From an uncultured Candidatus Actinomarina sp. (GTDB lineage: Bacteria; Actinomycetota; Acidimicrobiia; Actinomarinales; Actinomarinaceae), in assembly GCA_902596545.1 (NCBI GenBank), contig CACJUH010000001.1:6858-70857 (forward strand): a stretch of DNA of 64,000 nt, read 5' to 3'. The translations under genes were made by a program, and so were the position numbers. Positions 1 to 8,860 of the stretch are shown in pieces (the stretch's first letter is position 1; every line of letters begins with the position of its first letter). The notes under the pieces were generated by a model. That model did not search any database. It was not told the origin of the DNA and worked only from the letters and a program-made list of their open reading frames with translations.

Positions 1-78
1 GTCGTAATGCATATCAAGGAAAAGGCGAAGAGCTCCTAAACGATCCTAGAGTAATAGATTTATATTTAGGAAAACTAT

Positions 79-110
79 AAAAAAAAGGCCTGATTACTCA
101 GGCCTTTTTT
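79..110. terminator. Bidirectional rho-independent terminator: A-run, GGCCTGA-TTAC-TCAGGCC hairpin, T-run
   Basis: Perfect 7-bp inverted repeat (87-93 / 98-104) flanked by A8 upstream and T6 downstream. It lies just past the stop of the minus-strand gene ending at 126 and after a short plus-strand ORF end at ~39. Confidence 0.7.
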
Positions 111-125
111 AAATCTAATTAAAGA

Positions 126-1421
126 TTATGAACCGAAATCTACTGATTTAAGAACAGGGTTAGTATCACCCTCGGTTGTCCAAATATCGTAAGTAGCTGC
201 TGTTGGATCACCAACTGCATTTAATTCGATTTCACCAGATGCGCCAACATAGTCAACATCTACACCGTCAGCCGCAAGTGCAATACATGCAACTCCGATA
301 CATTTTTCACCACCAGATGATGCAGCAACTAAACCAGAAGCAATTTCTGGACCAGTTACACCATTAGCAGCTGCTGATATTGCCATGAGCATTACAGCAT
401 CATAAGCTTGTGGAGCAAAGATGAAAGTAGGAGAACCATCTGCAGAAACTTCTGCATAGGCTGCTTCAAATGCATCTTTTGCCTCACCTGCTGCGGAACC
501 AGGTGCTGTTCCCTTGAATCCATCAAGTGCAGTTCCTAGACCACACAATGATGCAAGACCAGCATCTTTGACACCGTCAGTCATGTACCAAGGAGTGTCA
601 AGAAGACCTTGTTCGAAAGCAGGTTGAAGAACACCACAACCAGTTTCTGGGAATAAAATTCCCACAATTGCATCAGCATCACCTTTACCAACAGCAGTTA
701 CTTCAGAAGTAAATTCTGATGCATCTGTTGCGTGGTAAACGATTGTCTTAACTGTTCCACCAGCTGCTTCAAAAGCTGCAGCAGTAGCTTCAGCAAGACC
801 TCTACCATAAGAGTCTGCTCTTGAAATTATAGAAACTGTTTGTACTCCATCTTCGACTAAGAGTGATGCTAATACATCACCTTGAAGAAGATCTGATGGA
901 GCAGTTCTTGCATAAAATCCTTTTTTATCAATTTTTGTAAATTGAGGACTTGTATTTGATGGAGAAACCATTACAACTTCAGCTGCAATTGCTGTGTCAA
1001 GTATTGCAAGAGAAGTACCGCTACATGCGGCTCCCATTACACCTTGTGCACCTTGTGCAATTACATCATTTAAACTTGTAAGAGCTACAGCTCCATCACA
1101 ACCACTATCACCCTCTATGAGGACAACGGGTTGACCATTAATACCGCCAGCAGCATTGATTTGCTCAACAGCAAGAGCCGCACCTAGTGCAATACCAGGT
1201 CCCAAAGATGCTAGATCACCAGATAAAGGCATTAATGATGCCAAAACTAGTGGATCAGCAGATGGAGCAGCTGTAGTTGCAGGAGCTTCAGTAGTAGCAG
1301 GAGCTTCAGTTGTTTCAACCTCTACCTCTGCCTCATCACTACCTCCGCTACCACTACCTCCACAGGCCGCAGCAACTAGTGCTAAAATCGCAATCAAAGC
1401 CAAAGCTTTGCGATTCTTCAT
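126..1421 (-). CDS. Branched-chain amino acid ABC transporter substrate-binding lipoprotein (LivJ/LivK-type, periplasmic binding protein type I)
   Basis: Signal peptide with lipobox (LVAAACGG). Low-complexity GGSGSGGS plus TTEAPATTEAPATT linker. Mature domain has Leu/Ile/Val-binding-protein-like motifs. Likely start is MKNRK at 1421 with an AAAGGAA RBS rather than the track start at 1442. The gene is visibly GC-richer than its neighbours. Confidence 0.75.
   Translation of the reverse strand: MKNRKALALIAILALVAAACGGSGSGGSDEAEVEVETTEAPATTEAPATTAAPSADPLVLASLMPLSGDLASLGPGIALGAALAVEQINAAGGINGQPVVLIEGDSGCDGAVALTSLNDVIAQGAQGVMGAACSGTSLAILDTAIAAEVVMVSPSNTSPQFTKIDKKGFYARTAPSDLLQGDVLASLLVEDGVQTVSIISRADSYGRGLAEATAAAFEAAGGTVKTIVYHATDASEFTSEVTAVGKGDADAIVGILFPETGCGVLQPAFEQGLLDTPWYMTDGVKDAGLASLCGLGTALDGFKGTAPGSAAGEAKDAFEAAYAEVSADGSPTFIFAPQAYDAVMLMAISAAANGVTGPEIASGLVAASSGGEKCIGVACIALAADGVDVDYVGASGEIELNAVGDPTAATYDIWTTEGDTNPVLKSVDFGS
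1267..1312. repeat. Tandem 18-nt repeat (x2 plus partial) encoding a TTEAPA linker repeat inside the livJ-like gene
   Basis: gtagttgcaggagcttca / gtagtagcaggagcttca are adjacent on the plus strand. An adjacent ctacctccgctaccactacctcc segment encodes GGSGSGGS. Confidence 0.6.
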
Positions 1422-1537
1422 ATATAATTTCCTTTCAGTCACTGAAATTAAAAAATCCTACTAATTTGTAGGAATTCTTAAACAATAGCGGAAATTTAGT
1501 ACTATTCAATAGCAGAGTTAAATAATTTAATCATAAT

Positions 1538-2551
1538 ATGAATAACGCAATTGAAACCTTACTTTTAAGCCTAAGAGATGTTCAATATATTGAGCTATTT
1601 GTGTATATTTTTATAATATTTTTTATTATTTATGGTTGGAGAAAAGGTTTTCTACTTCAATTCTTTTACTTAATGACCTTATTAATTTCAGTTGCTTTAA
1701 GTTTCAGGTATTCATATCAAGTTGGATCTTATATAAGCAGTTGGTTCAATTCCAATATTCAATTGTCAGAAATATTTGGTGGAGTATTAATTTTTATTAC
1801 AATTTTGACTATTTCATCTTTCTTTCAAAATTTTATTATTAATAATCAAAAACAAAGAGATGTTGGAAACAAGCTTCTTGGTGCTTCTTTTTCATTGCTA
1901 GTTAGTAATTTAATTCTTACTCTTCTATTTACCATTACATCTATTATTTATGTTCCAAGCTTTTTAGAAAAATCAATTGAAAATTCCAATCTTATTTCAT
2001 TTTATACAGATACAAACGGAACCCCTCAACAGGCGTTAGAGCTTATTACAGGAACAGATCTTATAAAAGTAGTATCTAGAATTAAAGACCTTACTGGAAA
2101 GTCTTCCGTAGTAGTCAGTGAACAGGGTTGTATAGAGTTACCTAAATATTCTCTATCTAATCTATCAAACAATTTACAACAAAAAGATGAATTGTATGGA
2201 TTGTTGTTAGTTGAGAGAAGCGAAGAAAGTTTGGTTCCACTTGAATTAAGTGAAACTTTATCAGACGTAGCACTTAATTATGCTTATGAAATGTATCAAG
2301 AAGGTTTTTGGTGTCATAAGAATCCAACCAATGGTGAACTTGTAGGAGACAGGTTATCAAAAAAAGGTTTCCCCTATAAAGACATTGGTGAAAACTTAGC
2401 CCTCTCATCCTCAGTAAGATCTGGTCATAATAGTTTGATGAATTCAGAGTCACACAAAAACACAATTTTAGATAATGAATTTAAAAAAGTCGGAATCGGA
2501 ATTGTTTCTGGACCTTTAGGACTCATTATTGTTCAAATATTTTCCTCATGA
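1538..2551 (+). CDS. Membrane protein fusion: N-terminal CvpA-family (colicin V production) transmembrane domain + C-terminal CAP/SCP/PR-1 (YkwD-like) domain
   Basis: The N-terminus has a GWRKGF motif and four predicted TM helices typical of CvpA. The C-terminus has GENLA and HKNTILDNEFKKVGIG, resembling the YkwD/SCP motifs GENIA and GHRxNILnpxfxxvGVG. Confidence 0.5.
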   Translation: MNNAIETLLLSLRDVQYIELFVYIFIIFFIIYGWRKGFLLQFFYLMTLLISVALSFRYSYQVGSYISSWFNSNIQLSEIFGGVLIFITILTISSFFQNFIINNQKQRDVGNKLLGASFSLLVSNLILTLLFTITSIIYVPSFLEKSIENSNLISFYTDTNGTPQQALELITGTDLIKVVSRIKDLTGKSSVVVSEQGCIELPKYSLSNLSNNLQQKDELYGLLLVERSEESLVPLELSETLSDVALNYAYEMYQEGFWCHKNPTNGELVGDRLSKKGFPYKDIGENLALSSSVRSGHNSLMNSESHKNTILDNEFKKVGIGIVSGPLGLIIVQIFSS

Positions 2552-2853
2552 ATTTTCAATTTTCTGAATTAGTATCTCAGATAATCAAAGGTTTAAAATT
2601 TTATTTTGAAAAAAACCAAATAGAAGTAAATGAAAATTTTTATGAAGAATTAATGAATATATTAAATATTGAACTCTCTAAACCATTTAGTAAGCAAACA
2701 TTTACACCAACACAATTATTAAATGATTATATTAAAAATGAATTAAAAGATGATTTAAAGATTACTCCCCATGAGTTAGGAAGCGAACTTAACAATTCTT
2801 TAATTTTATGGGGTATAGAAAAAGCTAAGTATTTTAATGACAAATCAATTTAA
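2548..2853 (+). CDS. Hypothetical small cytoplasmic protein (101 aa)
   Basis: ORF translationally coupled (ATGA overlap) to the upstream gene. No recognisable motifs. Confidence 0.4.
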   Translation: MNFQFSELVSQIIKGLKFYFEKNQIEVNENFYEELMNILNIELSKPFSKQTFTPTQLLNDYIKNELKDDLKITPHELGSELNNSLILWGIEKAKYFNDKSI

Positions 2854-4126
2854 AAAAAAAGATGTTTGGCTAAATACTTATCCAATTTTTTTATGGTTAG
2901 TTTCTGAACCATTAGTTGGTTTAATTGATTCAAAAATTGCAAGCTATATAGATATTGATGTCTTATCAGCCGTAGGTATAGGAGAAACGGTATATTTTGT
3001 ATTTATTTGGATTTTTGTTTTTTTAGCATACGGCACAACACCTTACGTGTCTAATCTACAAGCAACAAAACAAGTACATAAATTAAACTACTTCATTACA
3101 TTTGGTAGAAATTCATCAGTGCTTATAGGGTTAATATCTGCGAGTTTATTAATTCTTACTTCTACTGAGCTTATTAATTTTTTTGAACCTACAAAAGTTG
3201 TTTCTTCTAAGGCAAATTCATATTTAATTTTACGAAGCCTTGGTTTGCCATTCTATTTACTAAATATGCACTCAACAGCTGTATTAAGGGGAATGAAATA
3301 TCCAAAAATTACTTTATATTCCTCAACAATTGTTGGAGTAGCAAATGTGATATTAAGTTACTTTCTCGGGATAGTCTTAAATTTTGGAGTTGAAGGCATT
3401 GCGATTGCAAGCTCAGTAGCTTTTTTAATAAGCTCAATATATTCAACAAAAGTCTTGATTAGCACACAAACGAAAACATCAAATTTTGTTAAGTTACATG
3501 AAAAAAAAGAGATAAGTAAAAAGTTTTTTAGTATAGGGTTTTTCATTTTTATAAGATCAATGTTCCTGACACTATTTATGGCTTATTTAAGAAATCAAGC
3601 TTCACTAATGTCCATGTCAGAAATAGCTTTGCAACATGTTTTATTGCAACTCTGGTCTTTTGGTTATGTTTTTGTTGATGCATTAGCTATTGCAGCTCAA
3701 ACTTTAGTTGCAGAATATAAAGCAAAATTTAATAATTACAAAAACTCAGAACTCAAAAAATATCTTAATAGTCTAACTTTTAAAATTGCAATCTTTCTCT
3801 TTATTACTTCCTTTATATTTCTTGAAAATATAGTTCTTTTAATTACAGAAGCATCCCTTGTTTTAATTATTGATAACGAACTTAAAACATTGTTTGCATT
3901 GAGCTTACTAATCGGAAGCTTTGCATTTTTATGGGATGGCGTATTACTGGGATTAGACAAATCTAAACAGTTTTCAATTTTGACTGTTGTATCATCTTTG
4001 ATTGGGTTTTTATCTTGTGTATATTTACTAAGTCAAGACAACTCATTATCTAGTTTGTGGATAGGTTTAAATTTAAGTTTGTTATACCGGGGATTAGTAG
4101 GTTTTTACTATCAGATAGAGTATTAA
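2837..4126 (+). CDS. MATE-family (multidrug/oligosaccharidyl-lipid/polysaccharide) efflux transporter
   Basis: About 12 predicted TM helices, 429 aa. N-terminal P-x-I-x-x-L-x-x-P-x-x-G-x-x-D pattern typical of the MATE/NorM/DinF family. Confidence 0.55.
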   Translation: MTNQFKKKDVWLNTYPIFLWLVSEPLVGLIDSKIASYIDIDVLSAVGIGETVYFVFIWIFVFLAYGTTPYVSNLQATKQVHKLNYFITFGRNSSVLIGLISASLLILTSTELINFFEPTKVVSSKANSYLILRSLGLPFYLLNMHSTAVLRGMKYPKITLYSSTIVGVANVILSYFLGIVLNFGVEGIAIASSVAFLISSIYSTKVLISTQTKTSNFVKLHEKKEISKKFFSIGFFIFIRSMFLTLFMAYLRNQASLMSMSEIALQHVLLQLWSFGYVFVDALAIAAQTLVAEYKAKFNNYKNSELKKYLNSLTFKIAIFLFITSFIFLENIVLLITEASLVLIIDNELKTLFALSLLIGSFAFLWDGVLLGLDKSKQFSILTVVSSLIGFLSCVYLLSQDNSLSSLWIGLNLSLLYRGLVGFYYQIEY

Positions 4127-4767
4127 TCTACCGCTTTTAATATTGGTCGGTCAAGATAATAACTTAATATCTGTAATTCTTGTGACAAGTCAACTGATCT
4201 TATTTGAACATCTTTAACATTTTTAAGGAGAACAGGAGCAAAATTAAGTATTGATCGAACCCCACAGTTTATTAATTCATCTGCCACACTCTGTGCAAAT
4301 TCCCCTGGGGTGGCGATAATTCCAATTGCAACATTAAATTTATTACAATAGTCTTGTAAATCACTCAAAGGTTTGACAACCAATCCTGCAACTTGACTAT
4401 TAATTTTTTTTGAATCATCATCGAATAAGCCGACAACTCCGAAACCTTTGTCTTTGAAACCACCATAGTGAGCTAAAGCTGATCCCAAATTTCCTACTCC
4501 AACAATTACAGCACTCCAACCTTCAACTAGTCCGAGTTCTAACTGAAGTTGATTTCTAAGTGTAGATACATCATATCCAACGCCTCTAGTTCCTAAGGTG
4601 CCTAGGTATGATAAATCTCTTCTCACTTGAGCATCATTAACTTTTGCTATCTCTGCGAGTTTTTTTGACGAAATACCGATAGCATCTTGGTCAACTTGAT
4701 CAAGACATTGAAGATAAAGAGGCAATCTCTTTACAGTAGCTGGTGGTATTTTTTTAATTTCTTTCAC
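4123..4767 (-). CDS. rex: Redox-sensing transcriptional repressor Rex
   Basis: Alignable along its whole length to Thermus/Streptomyces Rex. Has the winged-helix DLSYLGTLGTRGVGYDV motif and the Rossmann GVGNLGSALAHYGGF NADH-binding motif. Ends with ILNFAPVLL. Confidence 0.9.
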   Translation of the reverse strand: MKEIKKIPPATVKRLPLYLQCLDQVDQDAIGISSKKLAEIAKVNDAQVRRDLSYLGTLGTRGVGYDVSTLRNQLQLELGLVEGWSAVIVGVGNLGSALAHYGGFKDKGFGVVGLFDDDSKKINSQVAGLVVKPLSDLQDYCNKFNVAIGIIATPGEFAQSVADELINCGVRSILNFAPVLLKNVKDVQIRSVDLSQELQILSYYLDRPILKAVD

Positions 4768-4874
4768 TAATGCACAATCTAATTAGATATGAAAGTTATA
4801 TGTAATTAAATCAAATTATTTATTATGTTTATTCAGTTTCTTATTAATGAATTTTCAATGTATGTTAGTAAATA

Positions 4875-6143
4875 ATGCAAAAATACACTGATTTATATGA
4901 TGTTTTAATTATTGGGGCCGGTCCTGCTGGCTCAAATGCTGCAATTTCCTATAAAAAATTAAATCCAACTTTAAAGGTAGGTCTTATAGATAAAGCTATA
5001 TTTCCGAGAGATAAATCATGCGGTGATGCAATTGGTCCTGGTGTAATTAGTGCCTTGAAAAGGTTCAACAATGAACATATTTTAGATAATGAACCACAGG
5101 TGGTATCAACTACTCTTTATGGTCCTGAAAACATTGGAATTCAAAATTATATACCTGAAGTAAAGAACAAAGAAGATTCAATAGTTTATGTCGTTCCGAG
5201 GATTGACCTTGACAATAGAATATTAAATTTAGCAAAAGATTTAGAAGTAGATGTATTTGAAGGCTATAGCTTTGTTGCATTTGAAGAAGACATAGATAAA
5301 AAATTAGTCGTAGAAATAAAAAATGAAAACCACATTTTAAAATTCGGAACCAAAATTTTAGTAGGCGCTGATGGTGCAAATTCACGCGTAAGGAAGCAAC
5401 TAAATGTTAATACTAATAGTGATTGGCATAAGGCAATAGCGATTAGAGCTTATATAGACAGTCCGAATTATCTTGAAATTTTTAAAGAAAGATCCTTAAT
5501 GTTTGAAATTAATGTATCAGCTGAAAAAGGTTATGCATGGGCTTTTCCGAGTAAAGGTAATTTATTAAACATCGGAATTGGAGTACCTTTAAACATCTTT
5601 AAAAAGGAAAAACTAGACATTAATGTATTACTTCAAGACTTCATAAAACAGTTAGAAAATAGAGGTGTAGTAGTTGAGAATGTAAGGGATGAAAAATCAT
5701 ACTTGCTTCCATTTGCATCTTCAAGACCAAAGATTACACAAAATATAAATGTCACCTTAATTGGGGATGCAAGCTCAATGATTAATCCTATGAGTGGAGA
5801 AGGAATTTTTTATGGGATGGAAGCGGGCTACCTTTTAGCAGAAAATACTCATAATCTTTTGGACTCACCAGATTTGAATAAGGGCATAGTATCTTATGAA
5901 AAAGCATTTTCGAAAAGATTCAAAAAACATTATTTAAGTTGTGCATTAGCACGTCTTGTACTCCAAAGCCCTTTCATGACCAAAAGACTTTTAAAAGTAG
6001 CTTCCAACGATCAGGATACAATTGATTTTGTAGTAGAACTTTTATTTGATGAAGCTTATTTAACATTTAGGGAAGTGGTAAAAATTATGTATAAATTTTT
6101 ACTTCCTTCAAAATTACTTTTTTTGCTATCGAAAAACTCATAG
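4875..6143 (+). CDS. FAD-dependent geranylgeranyl reductase-family oxidoreductase (possibly MenJ-like menaquinone side-chain reductase)
   Basis: N-terminal FAD-binding motif DVLIIGAGPAGS. PRDKSCGDAI resembles the GGR/ChlP family motif PRxKPCGG. About 420 aa. Confidence 0.6.
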   Translation: MQKYTDLYDVLIIGAGPAGSNAAISYKKLNPTLKVGLIDKAIFPRDKSCGDAIGPGVISALKRFNNEHILDNEPQVVSTTLYGPENIGIQNYIPEVKNKEDSIVYVVPRIDLDNRILNLAKDLEVDVFEGYSFVAFEEDIDKKLVVEIKNENHILKFGTKILVGADGANSRVRKQLNVNTNSDWHKAIAIRAYIDSPNYLEIFKERSLMFEINVSAEKGYAWAFPSKGNLLNIGIGVPLNIFKKEKLDINVLLQDFIKQLENRGVVVENVRDEKSYLLPFASSRPKITQNINVTLIGDASSMINPMSGEGIFYGMEAGYLLAENTHNLLDSPDLNKGIVSYEKAFSKRFKKHYLSCALARLVLQSPFMTKRLLKVASNDQDTIDFVVELLFDEAYLTFREVVKIMYKFLLPSKLLFLLSKNS

Positions 6144-6188
6144 TCAGCTGAATTTAACATCATATTGATAGTAGAATAAGAAGTAAGC

Positions 6189-6206
6189 TTGTGAAAATTT
6201 TCACAA
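6189..6206. promoter_or_regulatory. Rex operator (ROP) TTGTGAAAATTTTCACAA, perfect 18-bp palindrome, 14 nt upstream of nuoA and followed by RBS GGAGGG (6211-6216)
   Basis: Exact match to the actinobacterial/Gram-positive Rex consensus TTGTGAA-N4-TTCACAA. The rex gene lies about 1.4 kb upstream. Confidence 0.85.
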
Positions 6207-6219
6207 ATACGGAGGGAAC

Positions 6220-6624
6220 ATGACTGATTGGTTACCAGTTTTGGTAATGTTTGTTGTTGCTGTAGGGTTTGCACTAGCCTCGCTTGGTGCTTCGTATTTA
6301 TTGTCTCCTAAAAAAGCAACACCTGAAAAATTAGCACCCTATGAATGTGGTATATTTCCTGAAGTAGAGCCTTCGCAGCGATTTCCGGTCAAATTCTACA
6401 TGGTTGCAATGTTATATATAGTTTTTGATATAGAAATTATATTTTTATTTGCTTGGGCTACTAGATTTAATGATCTTGGATGGTATGGAATATTAGCTAT
6501 TTCTATTTTTACTTTTTTCGTTCTTGAGACTTTGTATTATGTCTGGAAAAAAGGAGTGCTTGACTGGAATATTCCAAGAAGAGAGCGTTATCTCAAGCAA
6601 GATTTAACTAAAGAGGCAGCTTAA
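6220..6624 (+). CDS. nuoA: NADH-quinone oxidoreductase subunit A
   Basis: PYECG motif and three TM helices. First gene of a 14-gene nuo operon. Confidence 0.9.
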   Translation: MTDWLPVLVMFVVAVGFALASLGASYLLSPKKATPEKLAPYECGIFPEVEPSQRFPVKFYMVAMLYIVFDIEIIFLFAWATRFNDLGWYGILAISIFTFFVLETLYYVWKKGVLDWNIPRRERYLKQDLTKEAA

Positions 6625-7085
6625 TGTATACACCTGACAACATTCTTACAACAACTATCGATAAAGCGGTAAGGTGGTCACGAACGCAATCTATGTGGCC
6701 AGTAACCTTCGGTCTTGCATGTTGCGCAATAGAAATGATGGCAGCTGGAAGCGCTAAATATGATTTAGCAAGATACGGAATGGAAGTTTTTAGAGCATCT
6801 CCAAGACAAGCAGATTTGATGATTGTTGCTGGAAGAGTTTCACAAAAAATGGCCCCTGTTTTAAGACAAGTATATGACCAAATGGCAGATCCAAAATGGG
6901 TTATTGCTATGGGTGCTTGTTCATCAACAGGTGGAATGTTTAACAATTATGCATTAGTTCAGGGAGTAGATCATATTGTACCAGTTGATATTTATGTTCC
7001 AGGTTGTCCTCCTGGACCACAGTCCTTGATGCATGGAATTCTAACTTTGCATGACAAGATTATGGATGGTGAAATAAATCGATGA
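6624..7085 (+). CDS. nuoB: NADH-quinone oxidoreductase subunit B (N2 cluster)
   Basis: [40 protein letters not shown] and GCPP motifs. Very high similarity to mycobacterial NuoB. Confidence 0.95.
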   Translation: MYTPDNILTTTIDKAVRWSRTQSMWPVTFGLACCAIEMMAAGSAKYDLARYGMEVFRASPRQADLMIVAGRVSQKMAPVLRQVYDQMADPKWVIAMGACSSTGGMFNNYALVQGVDHIVPVDIYVPGCPPGPQSLMHGILTLHDKIMDGEINR

Positions 7086-7495
7086 GTTCTGAAATTATTA
7101 ATACATCAGTTGAAGAATACAAAAAATTAGTTGAGTCTTTGCATTCGGAAAATTATGAGATGATGGTAGATCTAACTGTAGTAGATTGGTTTAGAAAAAA
7201 AGAACTGAGATTTGAAGTAGTTGTTCAATTTTTATCAATTTCAAAAAATCAAAGAAAAACAATAAAAGTATTTGTTGATGATGAAGATTTATCAATCCCA
7301 TCAATAACTGATATTTACCCAAGTGCCAATTTTTATGAAAGAGAAGCTTTTGATATGTTTGGTATAAATTTTTTAGAACATCCTGATCTAACAAGAATTT
7401 TGATGCCAGATGATTGGAATGGCCACCCTTTAAGAAAAAATTATGGTTCTGGCAGAATCCCAGTCCAATTTAAAAATGCACCAAAGGTTGAATAA
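7082..7495 (+). CDS. nuoC: NADH-quinone oxidoreductase subunit C (short, 137 aa)
   Basis: [22 protein letters not shown]...[10 protein letters not shown] 30-kDa-subunit signature. Confidence 0.85.
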   Translation: MSSEIINTSVEEYKKLVESLHSENYEMMVDLTVVDWFRKKELRFEVVVQFLSISKNQRKTIKVFVDDEDLSIPSITDIYPSANFYEREAFDMFGINFLEHPDLTRILMPDDWNGHPLRKNYGSGRIPVQFKNAPKVE

Positions 7496-8860
7496 TTGAA
7501 GAAAGATACTAGAAAAAATAAATTTAAAGACAAATTTGATTTCTGGGCAACAAATTCTGAGGAAGGTGGCTGGAACATTTCTTCTACTGATGAAGGCTCT
7601 CAGAAAATGCTTGAAGAAGAAAATGAAAAACAAATAAAAATTCAAACAGGGACAGATGTCATCGATGATTTTGTAATCGATGAAGACACTTCTGACGATG
7701 AAAGAATGATTGTTAATATGGGACCTCAGCATCCATCAACTCATGGTGTTTTAAGGCTACAAGCTGAGCTAGAGGGAGAAGTAGTTAGAAGAGTTAAGCC
7801 AATAATTGGATACTTACATACCGGAATGGAGAAAACGGGAGAAGAGTTAAATTATTTTCAAGGTCCAACAAATACAACAAGAATGGATTATTTATCTCCA
7901 TTATTTAACGAGTTGGTCTTTTCCTTAACTACAGAAAAACTAATTGGGATTGAAGTTCCTGATCGAGCAAAAAATATAAGAATTCTTATGACAGAGCTAA
8001 ACAGAATATCTTCACATTTAGTCGCCCTGGCAACTGGTGGAATGGATATAGGTGCTTTATCAATGATGATTTTTGGATTCAGGGAGCGAGAGTTAATACT
8101 TAATTTTTTTGAAAAAACTACAGGTCTAAGAATGAACCATAATTATATTCGTCCAGGCGGAGTAGCAGCAGACCTTCCTGATGGATGGCAAACAGATATA
8201 GAAGAAATTTTAAAAATAATTCCTGAAAAACTTCAAGATTACGATGATATGTTGCTTGATAATCCAATTTGGAAAGGACGTTTACAAAACGTAGGTATTC
8301 TCACAACAGAAGAGTGTTTTGCTTACGGCGTTACAGGACCAAGTTTAAGAGCAAGTGGTCACTCTTGGGATTTGAGAAAAGCTCAACCATATTCTGGAAT
8401 TGAAAACTTTGAATTCGAAGTACCAGTTCTTAATGAGGGAGATGTTTTTGCAAGGTGGAGAATTAAAGTTCTTGAGATTTTTGAGAGTTTAAAAATTGTA
8501 GAACAAGCAGTTAATAAAATGCCAAAAGGTCCATACAAAGTACAAGACAAAAAGATTACACCTCCGCCCAGAAAAAGACTTGATGAGTCTATGGAAGCAT
8601 TAATTCATCATTTTAAAATTTATACTGAGGGATTTAAGGTTCCTGAAGGAGATGCATATGTTGCTATAGAATCTCCAAGAGGTGAGCTCGGCTGTTATAT
8701 AGTTTCTGATGGTTCTTCGAAACCATACAGAATGCACGTCAGAGGTCCTTCATTTTGTAATCTTCAGGCTTTGCCTGTAATAATGACTGATAGTCCAATT
8801 GCAGACGCTGTTGCTGCTATCGCATCGTTAGATCCTGTGATTGGAGATGTTGACAGATGA
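7496..8860 (+). CDS. nuoD: NADH-quinone oxidoreductase subunit D (49 kDa) with an acidic N-terminal extension of about 70 aa; true start uncertain
   Basis: MGPQHPSTHGVLRL motif and C-terminal GDVDR. In the same reading frame as nuoC, separated only by TAA. Candidate starts are TTG 7496, ATG 7607 or ATG 7706. Confidence 0.9.
   Translation: MKKDTRKNKFKDKFDFWATNSEEGGWNISSTDEGSQKMLEEENEKQIKIQTGTDVIDDFVIDEDTSDDERMIVNMGPQHPSTHGVLRLQAELEGEVVRRVKPIIGYLHTGMEKTGEELNYFQGPTNTTRMDYLSPLFNELVFSLTTEKLIGIEVPDRAKNIRILMTELNRISSHLVALATGGMDIGALSMMIFGFRERELILNFFEKTTGLRMNHNYIRPGGVAADLPDGWQTDIEEILKIIPEKLQDYDDMLLDNPIWKGRLQNVGILTTEECFAYGVTGPSLRASGHSWDLRKAQPYSGIENFEFEVPVLNEGDVFARWRIKVLEIFESLKIVEQAVNKMPKGPYKVQDKKITPPPRKRLDESMEALIHHFKIYTEGFKVPEGDAYVAIESPRGELGCYIVSDGSSKPYRMHVRGPSFCNLQALPVIMTDSPIADAVAAIASLDPVIGDVDR

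Noticed and set aside
1-39. 3' end of a plus-strand gene (…VVMHIKEKAKSS*)
   Set aside because: Only 12 codons are visible, too short to identify. The bidirectional terminator downstream is consistent with a real gene end.
1156-1464. 102-aa plus-strand ORF
   Set aside because: Lies entirely antisense within the well-supported LivJ-like gene. It is a low-complexity Ala/Ser/Val translation of the linker repeats.
3358-3960. 62-aa and 74-aa minus-strand ORFs
   Set aside because: Antisense inside the MATE transporter gene.
4768-4874. AATGAATTTTCAATG in the rex / GGR divergent promoter as a second Rex site
   Set aside because: Only a partial half-site resemblance (TGAA...TTCA). It is not a TTGTGAA-N4-TTCACAA palindrome.
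5110-5385. 91-aa minus-strand ORF
   Set aside because: Antisense within the geranylgeranyl-reductase-family gene.
6608-6946. 112-aa minus-strand ORF
   Set aside because: Antisense within nuoB, one of the best-conserved genes in the window.
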